From Octopus bimaculoides (taxonomy: Eukaryota), in contig NC_069001.1 in assembly GCF_001194135.2 (NCBI RefSeq), forward strand, positions 3,243,176-3,279,885: a stretch of 36,710 nt of DNA, in the 5' to 3' direction. The position numbers and the translations under genes are program-made. Position 1 is the stretch's first letter. Each line of letters starts with the position of its first letter. The notes under the pieces were generated by a model that saw nothing but the letters and a program-made list of their open reading frames with translations, made no database searches and was not told where the DNA came from. Positions 1 to 11,916 of this stretch are shown piece by piece.

Positions 1-580
1 TATATATATATATATATATATATATCCCATACACAGATAACAACATGATGTTATTTAGCCACTTTTTTTTTTTCCATCACAAACTCTTTGTCACATAAAT
101 CAACCAAATTCCTTTGTCCTCGTCTCTTGTATAAAAAAATATCACAGACAAGAGAAAATTCTTCACCTTGCCCTCCAATATGATTAGCTTCAGATTACTC
201 TATTTCCAACCAGAATTTCTTCCTGGCATCCCTTTCTTTCATGAAGTTTCATCTTTTACTTTTTAACTTTTTCTCTTATTTCTGTCTTCATTTCCAATAT
301 TTCTTCAACCACTTCAAAGAACATTTGATTACAATGCTTGGAATCCTTATTTTTTTTTTTCTTTTAATGTTTATATTTACTTGTTGGAATCATGGAATCA
401 TGGAATTGCAGAATTGTGGAATTGTGGAATATGAAGCTGTTCAATGAAATAACATCAAATTTTTTTTAAGATACAGACATCCATCCATACATACATACAT
501 CTATATATATGGGTGCATATATATATATATACACACATACATACATACATACATATGCATATACATATTTATAAATGGTC

Positions 581-750
581 CAGGATTCGACCTCACGATC
601 ACAAAGTTTCTGTCTACTACATTCACTCACAGGGCATTGCTCTGCCTGGGGCTATAGTAAAAGATATTTGAACAAGGTGCCCTGCTGTGGGACTGAACCC
701 ATAATGACATACTTGCAAAACGAACATCTTAACTACGCAGCCATGCCTGT
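581..750 (-). mobile_element. tRNA-derived SINE, family A
   Basis: Reverse complement gives GGCATGGCTGCGTAGTTAAGATG...GGGTTCAGTCCCAC...GGCACCTTGTTCAA, shared with many copies in the window. Confidence 0.65.
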
Positions 751-1578
751 CTGTGTGTATGCATGTATGTATATGTATGAATGTATTCTGTATGTATGTA
801 TTATGTATGTATGAATATATTATGTATTTATGTATGTGGGTAGGTATGTATGTGTTTATTTGTGTATATGTGTATGTTTGTATGAAGGTGTGTATGTGTG
901 TGCGAATGGGGGTGTAAAAGTGTGTGTATGTGTATGTGTGTATGTCAGATGTTCTTTTTTACCCCCATCTTTGAAGAAATTATTAATGGACAGTTTGTCG
1001 TTTTTTTTTCTTTCTATTAAAAAAACAGAAAACTTTGTTTATTAAGTTTGTTCCTGTTATTTCTTTAACTAACAAAAAATAAACTGAGTCAGATAAAAAA
1101 AAAAACAATAAAAAAAACAGAATAAGTAAAAGAAAAACAACTAAATAAATGTATCTTCTGTTCCACCCAAATTTCTTAGCCTTTTTCTTTTTTTCAAAAA
1201 GATTTACGATTCATGATTTATGATTTACTTAGACACTCACCACCACCACCACCTCCACCACCATCACTATCACCACTTCCACCACCTCCACCAATTCCAT
1301 GGTTGCGTTTCAAGGCAGAGTACAACAAACATATATTTAATCTTGATATCACATACATGCACAGACACATAATACATTCATAGAACCCCACATAAACACA
1401 TATAGACACACACACAGACATTTTCAGAACTTCACACACACACACCACACACACTTAGACCCACACTTACATGTAGGCATATCACAAACACACACTACAT
1501 ACATAGACAAACATGCACTAACATTCACAGATACATCAATACACAAACACCATACTCACACATACACACACACACACA

Positions 1579-1699
1579 CAGGGTGGGTCAAAAGTCACAC
1601 ACCAAAACATTTTATTTATGAAGTGTTGCTTTTGAAATGTGCAATATATATACATATATTGAGTTTTAATCTCGGTGCGTGACTTTTGGCCCCATCCTA
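1579..1699. mobile_element. Tc1/mariner-like MITE, ~120 bp
   Basis: Imperfect ~25-bp TIRs CAGGGTGGGTCAAAAGTCACACACC / GGTGCGTGACTTTTGGCCCCATCCTA, embedded in (CA)n and (TA)n arrays. Confidence 0.6.
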
Positions 1700-2136
1700 T
1701 ATATATATATATATATATACACACACATACATACGTATATATATGTACACACACACATATATATACACACATATTTGTATCCACATGGCTCTCACACACA
1801 CACACACATATATTCGAACACACACACTAACATATTCAAACACACACACACACACTATTTCATCTGATGATTCATTTTACACTATGTAGTTTGACCAGTT
1901 TTGCTGTTACACCAGGAACTCAGTCCCATCTCTCTCTCTCCCCCTACTCCCCTTTTAGCCTGTTTCTCAATCAACCACACAGATCCAATCCCAATCGTGC
2001 TGATTCACATTACAGAATGCACCACTTACTAATCGTTGCACATCAAAATATGTATGCACATGCGTGTGTGCGGGCACAATGCATTCTTGTCTATTTAATG
2101 AAAATGGCTGTAGCAGGGGCATATTTTTGTTTATTC

Positions 2137-2315
2137 TTTTACTTGTCATTTTGACTGTGGCCATGCTGGGGCACTGCCTTGAGGAATTTTAGTCGAATGA
2201 ATCGACTCCAGTACTTGATTTTTTAAACTTGGTACTTATTCTATCAGTCTCTTTAGCCAAACTGCTAAGTTATGGGGACGTAAACACACCAACACCAGTT
2301 GTCCAGCAGTGGGGG
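2137..2315 (-). mobile_element. SINE family B (other copies near 24095-24298, 25490-25670, 27630-27795, 30705-30890)
   Basis: Shared TGACTGTGGCCATGCTGGGGCAC...GTACTTATTCTATCAGTCTC...CTAAGTTATGGGGACGTAAACACACC block. Confidence 0.7.
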
Positions 2316-2592
2316 AGGGAAGGAACCAATACGGACACACACACACACACATATATATTTGGCTTAGGGGCTAGTGTGTTGCACTAACAATGTAGCGACC
2401 ATAATTTCAATTCCTTGACCAGGTGGTGCATTATATACATATATATATTATTCACAATTTATATCTTTATATTTATATAAAATGCACTCAGAAACTCCCA
2501 GTTTCTGAGTCAATCTGGAATTTTGCCAATTATTAATAAAAAAAAATATACCTATACTCATGTTTTGAACTTATTTCCCTGTTTGTATCACC

Positions 2593-2644
<52 letters not shown>

Positions 2645-2847
2645 GATAGATATAGATATATTGGGAGCCATTTGGTGATTCACTGCACTGCAACCCAGAA
2701 TTTTGCAATTTCACAATCTATGCTTCCAGTAACAATGGAATGAATCACAGATTCACAACAAATGAAAGTTCTAGGCTATGTACTGAGTGTTGTTCTGTTT
2801 TGTGTGCACATATGTCTTTTGCCAGTGTATACCAATGAGAGAATGTA

Positions 2848-2878
2848 TGTGAGGGGGTGCTGAAAAGTTCCTGGCTTT
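2848..2878 (+). mobile_element. Possible solitary mariner-type terminal sequence
   Basis: TGTGAGGGGGTGCTGAAAAGTTCCTGGCTTT resembles (TA)CGAGGG-type mariner ends; no partner TIR found. Confidence 0.3.
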
Positions 2879-3100
2879 AAGGGGTCCACAAAAGTCTTAG
2901 TTGGAGGCCCAACTTTCCGAGTTCTTTTACAGGGCTTAGAATGAAGGACCGCCACCAAATCTTATCTGGACCCCAGTTGAGGACTACAGCTTTAACTCAT
3001 GACCATTCAGATTACCCTATCAAAAGTAACATCATCATCATTTTAAGGATTGACTTTGCCATAATAATACTTTCTGGAATACCAAAAACAATGGTTTAGG

Positions 3101-3262
3101 GATAGGTGTGGCCCCATGGTAAGAAGTTGGTTTCTCAACCACATGGTTCTGTGTTCAGCCCCACTGTATGGCACTTTGACTGGGCAAGTGTCTTTACTAT
3201 AGTCTCAGGTTTATCAAAGCCTTGTAAATGGAGTTGGTAGACAAAAACTGAAAGAAGCGCGT
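3101..3262 (+). mobile_element. tRNA-derived SINE, family A
   Basis: GGTAAGAAGTTGG...GTTCAGCCCCACTG...GGGCAAGTGTCTT...GGTAGACAAAAACTGAAAGAAGC. Confidence 0.7.
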
Positions 3263-3263
3263 C

Positions 3264-3968
3264 AGTTGATCTATCGGTTTTATAATGTCAATTCAATAAT
3301 CTATCAGTTTATCTGTAAGTTCAATAATCAATAAATTTACTCATCTACCAATTCAGTTTAATAATCTATCAATTCATTAATCTTTTAGTTCACTAATCTA
3401 TCACTTCTGTAATTTATCAATTTAATAATGAATAGCTTAATAATCAATCAGTGTTATAATCTACTACTTCTATAACCTACCAGTTCAATAATCTATCAGT
3501 ATAACAGTCTATTAGATCAATAACCAATTCATTAATTTGTCAATACAATATCAGTTCTATAACCTATCAGTTTAATAGTGTATAGCACAATAATCAATCA
3601 GTTCGATGATCTACCAGTTTGATAATTTATTAGTTCTATAACCTGTCAGTTCAATAATCTATCAGTGAAACATAATATTAGTTCAATAATTTATCCATTA
3701 ATTTATCAATACCATATCAGTTCAATAATCTATCAGTTTAATAATGTATAGAACAATAATCAGTTAGTGCTGTAATCTACCAGTTTGATAATTTATTAGT
3801 TCTATAACCTATTAGTATAATGGTCTATTGGTCCAATAACCAATCAATTCATCAGTACAGTAATTTATTCATTCACTAATCAATCAGTACAATAATTTAT
3901 CCATTCTATAATCTATCAATTCTATAAATTATCAGTTCAATAACCTATCAGTTCAATAATCTATCAAT
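3264..3968. repeat. Degenerate ~16-bp minisatellite (CAGTTCAATAATCTAT) with a higher-order duplication
   Basis: Many variants of the 16-mer; a 34-nt block is identical at 3611-3644 and 3777-3810 (offset 166). Confidence 0.8.
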
Positions 3969-4705
3969 CTAAACAGTGTTTGAAAAGAAGACTGAACGAT
4001 CATGGTTTCATGACTGCAACACTTTTGGTCACAGATCTGTTGGATGAAGTTTGATTGTGATGATTGGTGATGACAACGATGATGGTGATGACAACGATGA
4101 TGGTGATGATAAAAATTGCAAGGATAATAACTGTGACACCTAAAAAAAAAAATAGAAAAGAAAAGCCAAAAAACAAACAAACCAACAAAAACAAACTCAA
4201 AAGAGTATGAAATAGAATGGTTTCCATTTCTATATTTTATTGTAGAATTGGTTTGGTTACGAGAGTCTTCGGCTACACGGACTTAGGGAGAGTTTGCATT
4301 GATCAGGGGACCAGACTGGCCAATTGTATTATGCCCTTAAATGACAAGCCAAGCCACCACAGCTCACAGGACTATTTATTAAAAGACAGAGGCTAAAATC
4401 ATACTGGTGGTGCACCAGCATGGCCACAGCCTCAGGACTGAAACACATATGAGAATAACAATTAATGTTGCAGTAAAGCACATGGCTGAAGCAAGAGAGA
4501 GAGAGAGAGTGTGTGTGTTTGTGTGTGTTGGAGCAGAGGGTATCAAATTTACTCGTTCACATATTGCTGGAAAAATACAGGCATTGGTTTCTTTTTGTTC
4601 TTTTACTTGCTTTGTTCATTGGACTGTGGCCATGCTGGAGGGTGGGTTTTTTTTTTTGCTTTTTAGTCAAGCAAATTGGTCTCAGCATTTGCTGTTTTTC
4701 TTGTT

Positions 4706-4711
4706 TTTATT
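4706..4711 (-). other. First AATAAA downstream of the KANSL3 stop (candidate polyadenylation signal; alternatives at 4375-4380 and 4236-4241)
   Basis: Plus-strand TTTATT; none found between 5374 and 4712. Confidence 0.35.
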
Positions 4712-4924
4712 TTGCTTTCTTTTTGTAAAGTCTGGTGCTTATTATGTTGATATCGTTTTGCTGAACCGTTATGCTATGAGGACAAAAACAAAGCTACACA
4801 GGTTATCAAGCAAGAAGACACAAACAAGCATGCACACACACACACACACACATTAATATATACATACATAGATTGTATGTAAGTGTGTGTGCGTATGTGA
4901 GTGTGTATGTGTGCCTGTGTGTAT

Positions 4925-5212
4925 GTATGGCTTTGTCATTAAGAAGTTCTTGAAACTATGTGACTTTGGGTTCAGCCCCATGGTATGGCATCTGGACAAA
5001 CATCTTCTTTAACTGAGAACTGGTCAGTGCCTTGTTTAGTGAATTTGGTAGATGAGTTTCTGCAGTTTCAGCCAGCCAAATCCACTCGCAAGGATTTGGC
5101 TAGTCCAGCAGGGCCTTATAGTCAAAGACATTTATCCAAGAAGACACTTTCTATGCAGTAGGATTGAACCTGCAACTACATGGTTGTGAAATGAACTTCT
5201 TAACTATACAGT
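4925..5212. mobile_element. Two diverged family A SINEs tail-to-tail (+ 4925-5058, - 5066-5212)
   Basis: Both carry TTAAGAAGTTC...GGTTCA and GTG(A/G)ATTTGG motifs in opposite orientation. Confidence 0.6.
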
Positions 5213-5374
5213 AACACACATGCATCAATACATATACAGATACACTGTTAGAAAAAATCTCCCATCACTCTAGTTTGGGATTAACTGAAGAACTGAGATC
5301 AAAAGGACTTAACTCCACCCCCCCCACTTCCGATCTTCAAGGCACATGATAAGAATCGGAAATAAAATAGAAGT

Positions 5375-6999
5375 TCAAAGATCATATTGTTTTGGTGTTT
5401 TGATTCTGCGAGTTCTTGTGGCAGCTACTGTAGATGACAAGATTGTTTTAGGTGTGGCTTTGTAAGATACAATGTTTGCTCTTGGCAAACCAATGCCAGT
5501 TCGTGAAGTAAGAGGATCGGTTAGCGAAGAAGAGTCTGAAGCAATGGCGGGTAGGGCTCCTACTACTGTTGCCACTGTGGTGTTTGGGGACGTGACTTGT
5601 TTCACTTGTTGACCTACAACTACAGAGGATTTGCCACTGTTGGAACTCATGAATGATGGCTGACCAGTTTGGACTGAAGTGCCAGCAACTTCGACAGTTC
5701 TGGTTTTAACAGATTCTAAGAGAGAAGAAACTCGCCCAAGAGGTTCGGATTTGGTTACTAAATATTCACCAACTGCATCGGACATCAACGATGTCTTAAT
5801 GTTGCCAGTTGATGATGCACCTGAAGAGAGCATTGATGAAGACATGGGCAGAATAGAAGAAACTGCTGTCGTAGAAGTAAGGGAAGTGGAGCTGGTGGAC
5901 TTGGCTATAGTTGTGATACCAGAAAGATTGTGAGAAGAAATGCTCCCACCGGCAGTCGTTAAATTGCCTCTGTTCAATGAAATATGAAGCGTTGTTTGTT
6001 TGCCGCTGGCAGATTCAGACAAAGCTTGTAGCTTGCCTAAGTCTAGTTGGGAATTACACAGGATTTTTGCCTGGGTGATTGTTGGAGTGCCTGTGCTTTT
6101 AGTTAAAACTGCCGTAGTTAAAGGAAAATCATGGAACTGTAGCTTTTGTATGGCCTGTACCTTCTCTTGGTCAGGTGGGTTTATTGTAATGCCAGATGTG
6201 TTGCTGTTGTTGTTGCTGATTTGCTGAACAGATGTGAGTGCCGGGTTAGAATTAGCAGCTTTAGGTTTACCACTGGCTGTGGTTATTGGCTGACCAAGAC
6301 TTAAAGTAGGACAGGTTGAAGTCTGACTATTGCTGCTGCTACTGCTTCCCTTCGCAGAGCAGACAGTGATTGATATTGGACTGCAGCTTGACTTAGCTAT
6401 GGAGGTGAGAAGTTGCTGAATTTGTGGAGAAGAAGCAGCTGTTGTGATATGGACAGTGGTACCACGCGGACCAGTGTGGGAAACTGTGTAGATGGAACCC
6501 AAACCAGTGGGTAGGCTGATGTGCGAAGAGCTTGCTTGAGGAAGTTTTGTAAACAGCTGTGCAGAAACTGGTTTGTTCAAAGAACTGCTATGCTTCTGCT
6601 CAGATAAAATTGATGAAGTCATGGAAGAAGCTGTAGAGACTATGTTTAGGTTTTGAGCTTCAGGTTTGGTGACTACTAAAGCTGTCTTTGGTTTTGTCTC
6701 TAACTCACCGCCACTAGTTAAAGACTGTAGCTTGGAGTTAGTGAGGTAGCTTGCACTAGAAGGAGGACACTGTAAGAGACCGCTGAGCTCAGGAGCGCTG
6801 GAAACAACTGGAAGAAGAGTAGCAGGAGATGGTGAAGACGATGGTACCGAAGGTGACCCGGCTGTAGACTTGAAAGTGCTCAAAGGTGAAGATGATGGGG
6901 ATCCGTCTGCCAAGCGAAATATTCTCTTCTTGGTGTTGGAATCAAAAGCCAGTGAAACTGCTGCCTGACGTTTCCGATGTGTCTGTCGACGTGCCACAA
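5375..6999 (-). CDS. KANSL3: KANSL3 terminal exon 15 (Ser/Thr-rich low-complexity tail)
   Basis: Acceptor TTCCTCAATAG| at 7000, phase 1 entry, 1625 nt open to TGA at 5375-5377. Corresponds to the 562-aa ORF of the track and ends [13 protein letters not shown]. Confidence 0.85.
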
Positions 7000-9429
7000 C
7001 TATTGAGGAAGAAAATGATATTATCAGAATCAAGAAGCAAAGATTATTCATACAGTAATTCAACTGCTATCATGGCAAATATTTCATCACACCAAGGAGA
7101 AGCAGGAAAGTAACTTACATTTAATAAACTCCTCCACCTGTTGTTGAATTATTTTAATACATACAGGTAGACCTACCAACATCAAATAAAGACATCTAGC
7201 TATTTAATATACAAACACCTAAATTTGTATTTAATCAGAGACACACCTACATCTGTTGCTGAGTAACTTAATTCAGATACATCTACCATCCAACCATTGC
7301 AACATGGAAGGCGGACGTTAAAAGATGATGATATACACCTACTGCTCAATAATTTAACAGGGACACATACTTATTTAATATACAGACATACCTGTTCAAT
7401 TACACTGTGTAACAAAATTTTATTTATTCATTTTTGTTTTTGGCTTTTAAGTGTTGTTTCCTATTTGCTTCTATCAAGAAATCAAAGGAAATGACTACTC
7501 CTGCCCTCAAACTTTGCTTTTGTCACCTGGACATCAATGTTTTGAAACTGACCTATTTTCCATTACACTCCAGACAGATTCAGCGCTGAAGCAGAAATAT
7601 TGTTATAGCAAATATTCTGCTCAATACTACATATTTACTTGTCAGTTGCTTCACCGTAACCAACTGAGCATGTCCCTCAGTGGCCGACAGTATGTGCATC
7701 TTTGATCAAGAACAGGAGTAGAGGGGGAGGGGCATCATAGCCATGTGTTGAGAGGGATTCTTTGGGGTTTGAATAAATGCAACAAAAGCAAAGTTTGAAG
7801 GAAATATTAGCCATTTTTCATACTTTCTAGGGGTAAGCAAATAAGAAATAAGCAGTTGCTACCCAAGGGCAAAAATCACATTATACAGTGTTATATATGT
7901 GACTAGATTTATCATTGTCATCATTTTTGGTTTTGAAGATGACTTAAATTTCAGTAGAGACAAAACACACACAAATCCAAACAATTTATTTCGTAATTTT
8001 ATACTTTATAAATATTTATATGCAGGATTTGTATTCTTCTGTCCATATCAGAGAGGGCTAGCTAGAAATTTTAAGGGCTTACCTTGAGTCTTAGCAGGTG
8101 AAAGTGGCTCAGCTATGCTCCCATCTGAAGACTCATCTCCTAATTTTGACTCTGCACTGTCTGATAGTTGTGGAGTCTGACGCATCACCTTCAATAACCG
8201 AGACACAGTCGTTCCCTTCGAAGCGGGTATAAATTTGGAATTCTGAAACAAACAAAAATGAAGGAATGATATGTAAATGCTGAGCCAGAATAGGTTTGCT
8301 AAAATTTGCTTCTACAATAAAAAAACAACAACAACAAAATCCCCAAAGAGTCTGAAAAACTTAATGAAACACACATACCTTTTATACATTAAAAGCACTG
8401 CAAAGTCATTTTGAGAAAACAAAACAAAAAATAAAAGCATATATTTCAATTAATGAACAAATTTTTTTATTTTCTAAATCAGTTCATTTAAATGGAAGGT
8501 AAGAAGGGGGAGGGGATTAAATTGTCTGTACAGAAAATTGTAGACAGGAAAGTTTTAAAATTAAAATGCCATTATAATAGAAAATGAATATTCATGTTAA
8601 TCCTTTTGTCATTAAATTTCTCATGAATAGGCACCTTCATGTTTATGCTTTTTCCTTTTACTTGTTTGTTATTGGACTGCGACCATACTGGAGCACTGCC
8701 GTGAATAGCTATCATTTTATGCCCCAGTTTTTAAAATTTTGTTTCATTGGCAGAGGTTGGAAAGATTTTCTGAGGCAGTGGTTTACACCCAGCTGCCCCT
8801 TCCTTTAAGACTTTAGCTCTTATTTCTAGCAGGTAGGTGCTTGTTAAGCATCATTATGCTTCATGCAAATTTATAATTCATAGCTATTTAATGCTATTGC
8901 GTCTGCGATCCACCTATGTCTCTGCTGGTGATATCATCAATTTTAAAATTTATCCACAGATGATATGAACAGTAGTGACATCTGATTTTAAATCAAAGTG
9001 TTTGAATGTTTTGCTTATAAATTTTTATGCACCATGTGCTCTGTTTTTGGTGCATATGTGCATATGTGCATATGTGACCACAGGATGTCACAAAACGTAA
9101 GCAACAAAAAAATACGAAGTACGAGGACATGGAATATGAACTTTCTTTTTTTTGCGAACAATGAAAGAAACAAATGGAAAACAAACAACAAAAAGAACGA
9201 CACTTCATCAGTTGTCGGCTGTTTTACTAATCCGTATTTCAAGCATTTCACGACAAGATGCGCCTTCAATAAAAAGTTGCTCCTGCAAAGCAAATTAAAT
9301 AAAATTTGGGATTTTATGGAGGGTTAAAATTGGTGACAAAAACTGGTAAGCCTAAACAAGGGTGTGGTGGCAAATGTGAAGAAAGAAGCTTGGACAGGAG
9401 ACAGACAAGAATACGTTTTCCTTGTCCAA

Positions 9430-9523
<94 letters not shown>

Positions 9524-9770
9524 TATTGATTTGATTATAGAAATTGTAGTTGTGGCCAATGCCAGTGCCGCCTGACTGGCTCCCTGTGCCAGTAACATGT
9601 AAAAAGCACCATCTGAACATGGTCGATGCCAGCCACCCCCCCCCCTCATCTGGCTCCTGTGCCAGTGCCGCCTGACTGGCTACCATGCCTTTGGTATGTA
9701 AATAACACCCACTACACTCGCGGAGCGGGACTGAACCCAGAAATATGTGGTGTGGAATCAAGCTTCTTAC

Positions 9771-9802
<32 letters not shown>

Positions 9803-11523
9803 AATATATATAAAATGTACGTATGTATGTATGTATGTAAAAGGCCAATTATCTTTTGAAGAGTTGAGACACGTTACAAAATCAGTCGCAATAAAAGAAA
9901 CAGGTGTTTATTTCATGAGTTAAAACACGAAATGAGAAAACTAATTAGACTAGATTAATTGTCAAATTTAATATTCAACATTCCCAGTTCGAATCATATG
10001 AGATATTTTAAGACAAGATCAACAGAATTTGTGATTATTTTTTTTTTTACCTATGTTTATTATATCCAATGATTAAAAAACAGAAACTTGGAAAAAGTTA
10101 TTTTGTTTCTTTTGCCTTAATAAATTAAAACTTTTAAAAAGAGTGAAATGGAGGATAGTTATTGTGCAACTTTATCATGTGTGACTGAGTGTTGGACAGA
10201 ACTTTGTAGAAGACAAGGAGTATATAGCCGACAGTGAAACAGAAAGAAGCAAAAGTGAAAAGAAAAAAGAAAAAAAGCACATAGATGAATTTACAAATAA
10301 ACAAAAAAGTGATTGATAATTAGTTAAAAAAAAAAATCTTGAAATGCATTTGTGAATAACCTGATAATTATTTCTGCAAATTACTGAGAAAATAAAAATA
10401 AATAAATAAATTATTTGGAAACATCTGGAAAAATAGTCAAATATTAATGGTCGGATTAGTAGCAGTAGTAGTAGTGTGTGGTAATGAGAATGATAATATA
10501 AACAAAAAAAATCAATGTTAATCTAATGAAGGAAAATTGCTAGTCGTTAAATCTGTTAATAGAAATTAAAAAATAAAAGAAAACAAAGAGAAAGCAAAAA
10601 ACACAAACTAGAAATAATTTTTATTCAATCTAATTTATACTAAAAGTACATTAATATCAAAACTTACATACCCCCCTCCACACACACTTGTCTATGTCTG
10701 CGTGTATGTGTGGATAAAATGGACAAATTTTTTTTTTTGGTTAAAAAAAATTGCCTTTCTTTGGTAAAGGAATGGCGTGCAATCAATTAATTGCTATTAT
10801 AACCACTGATGCTTAATTTACTGACTGTTCCCTACCTGTACCAACCGACTTGAGGCACAAAACTGGATACTTTAAAGTAGATAGTCAGGTGATTTGCCAA
10901 TCGTTCACTCAAGCATGAAAAAGACAAAAAAAAACCTAGTAAATGACTAAGAGTATTCTTCTTTTCCCTAGCAAGCATGAGAGACAACCCTGGACATGTT
11001 TTGGCATTAACCTGACATCCTCAGCAAAGAACATCTTTCCTTGTCCTTGCTGAATTAACAATGATTTACTCATCCTCATAGTGGATGAATGCATCCTCAC
11101 CTCAGAGAGTTAATCATTTCGGAGAGAGGGAAGGCTATTGTTTTCCAGGTATTAACTCTCCACAAGTGGGGTGAAACAGCTTCAAATCATAATCAAAAAT
11201 ACATATTGTCAGGGGCTGACAACTCCTTCAACAATATCTCACCCAGAAGTGAATAAAATCACCGATGCAGCAGTCATGGGGTTCCAGGCTTGATCCCAGT
11301 GAATGGCACCTTGGGAAAGTGCCATCTACTACCATAGCCTTGGGTCAATTCAGGCCTCACGAGTGGAATTTGGGAAACAGCAGAACAGTGTGAAATCCAG
11401 TTAGATGCAATGCATTTGTATGTCTAGCTGTGTCAAAATGATTTTATCAATTTGCATGAGATTTACATTAAGAGTACAACTATTATCTGTACCTTTTCTC
11501 TTAATCTAATCCTCAGCCACTTT

Positions 11524-11563
<40 letters not shown>

Positions 11564-11860
11564 TATTCAAATATTGGGTTAAAAACAGTTCTATAATGTA
11601 AACATTATCAATGTCACATATTGTATGTGTATTGTTAAATGGCTTTCGTCTTTAAAAGGGCCTTCCTTGGACAAAATACTGCAGCCTAAAACCATTTAAC
11701 AGCACATACATTAAATATATGACACATGTGTATCAGCATACATATCTCATCATATACATATTTATACACACTCATATATATATACACATACATATATATA
11801 CACATACATATATATAATCGTTCATAGGTACAGTCTATATACATATATACATGATAAATC

Positions 11861-11916
<56 letters not shown>

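Noticed and set aside
386-433. Six degenerate GGAAT(C/T)NN 8-mers
   Set aside because: Short simple tandem repeat with no further structure.
1864-2003. TGATGA ... CTGA pair suggesting a C/D snoRNA
   Set aside because: No terminal stem, not in a host intron on that strand, and the motifs are common by chance.
2486-2510. Perfect 11-bp hairpin containing GAAACU-CCC-AGUU, resembling hammerhead stem III
   Set aside because: No CUGANGA core or stem II on either strand; a short palindrome like this is expected occasionally.
5679-6227. Plus-strand ORFs of 84 and 75 aa
   Set aside because: Antisense shadows of the KANSL3 terminal exon.
11105-11160. 10-bp inverted repeat GAGAGTTAAT/ATTAACTCTC considered as a snoRNA hairpin
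   Set aside because: No H box/ACA or proper C/D boxes at the expected positions.
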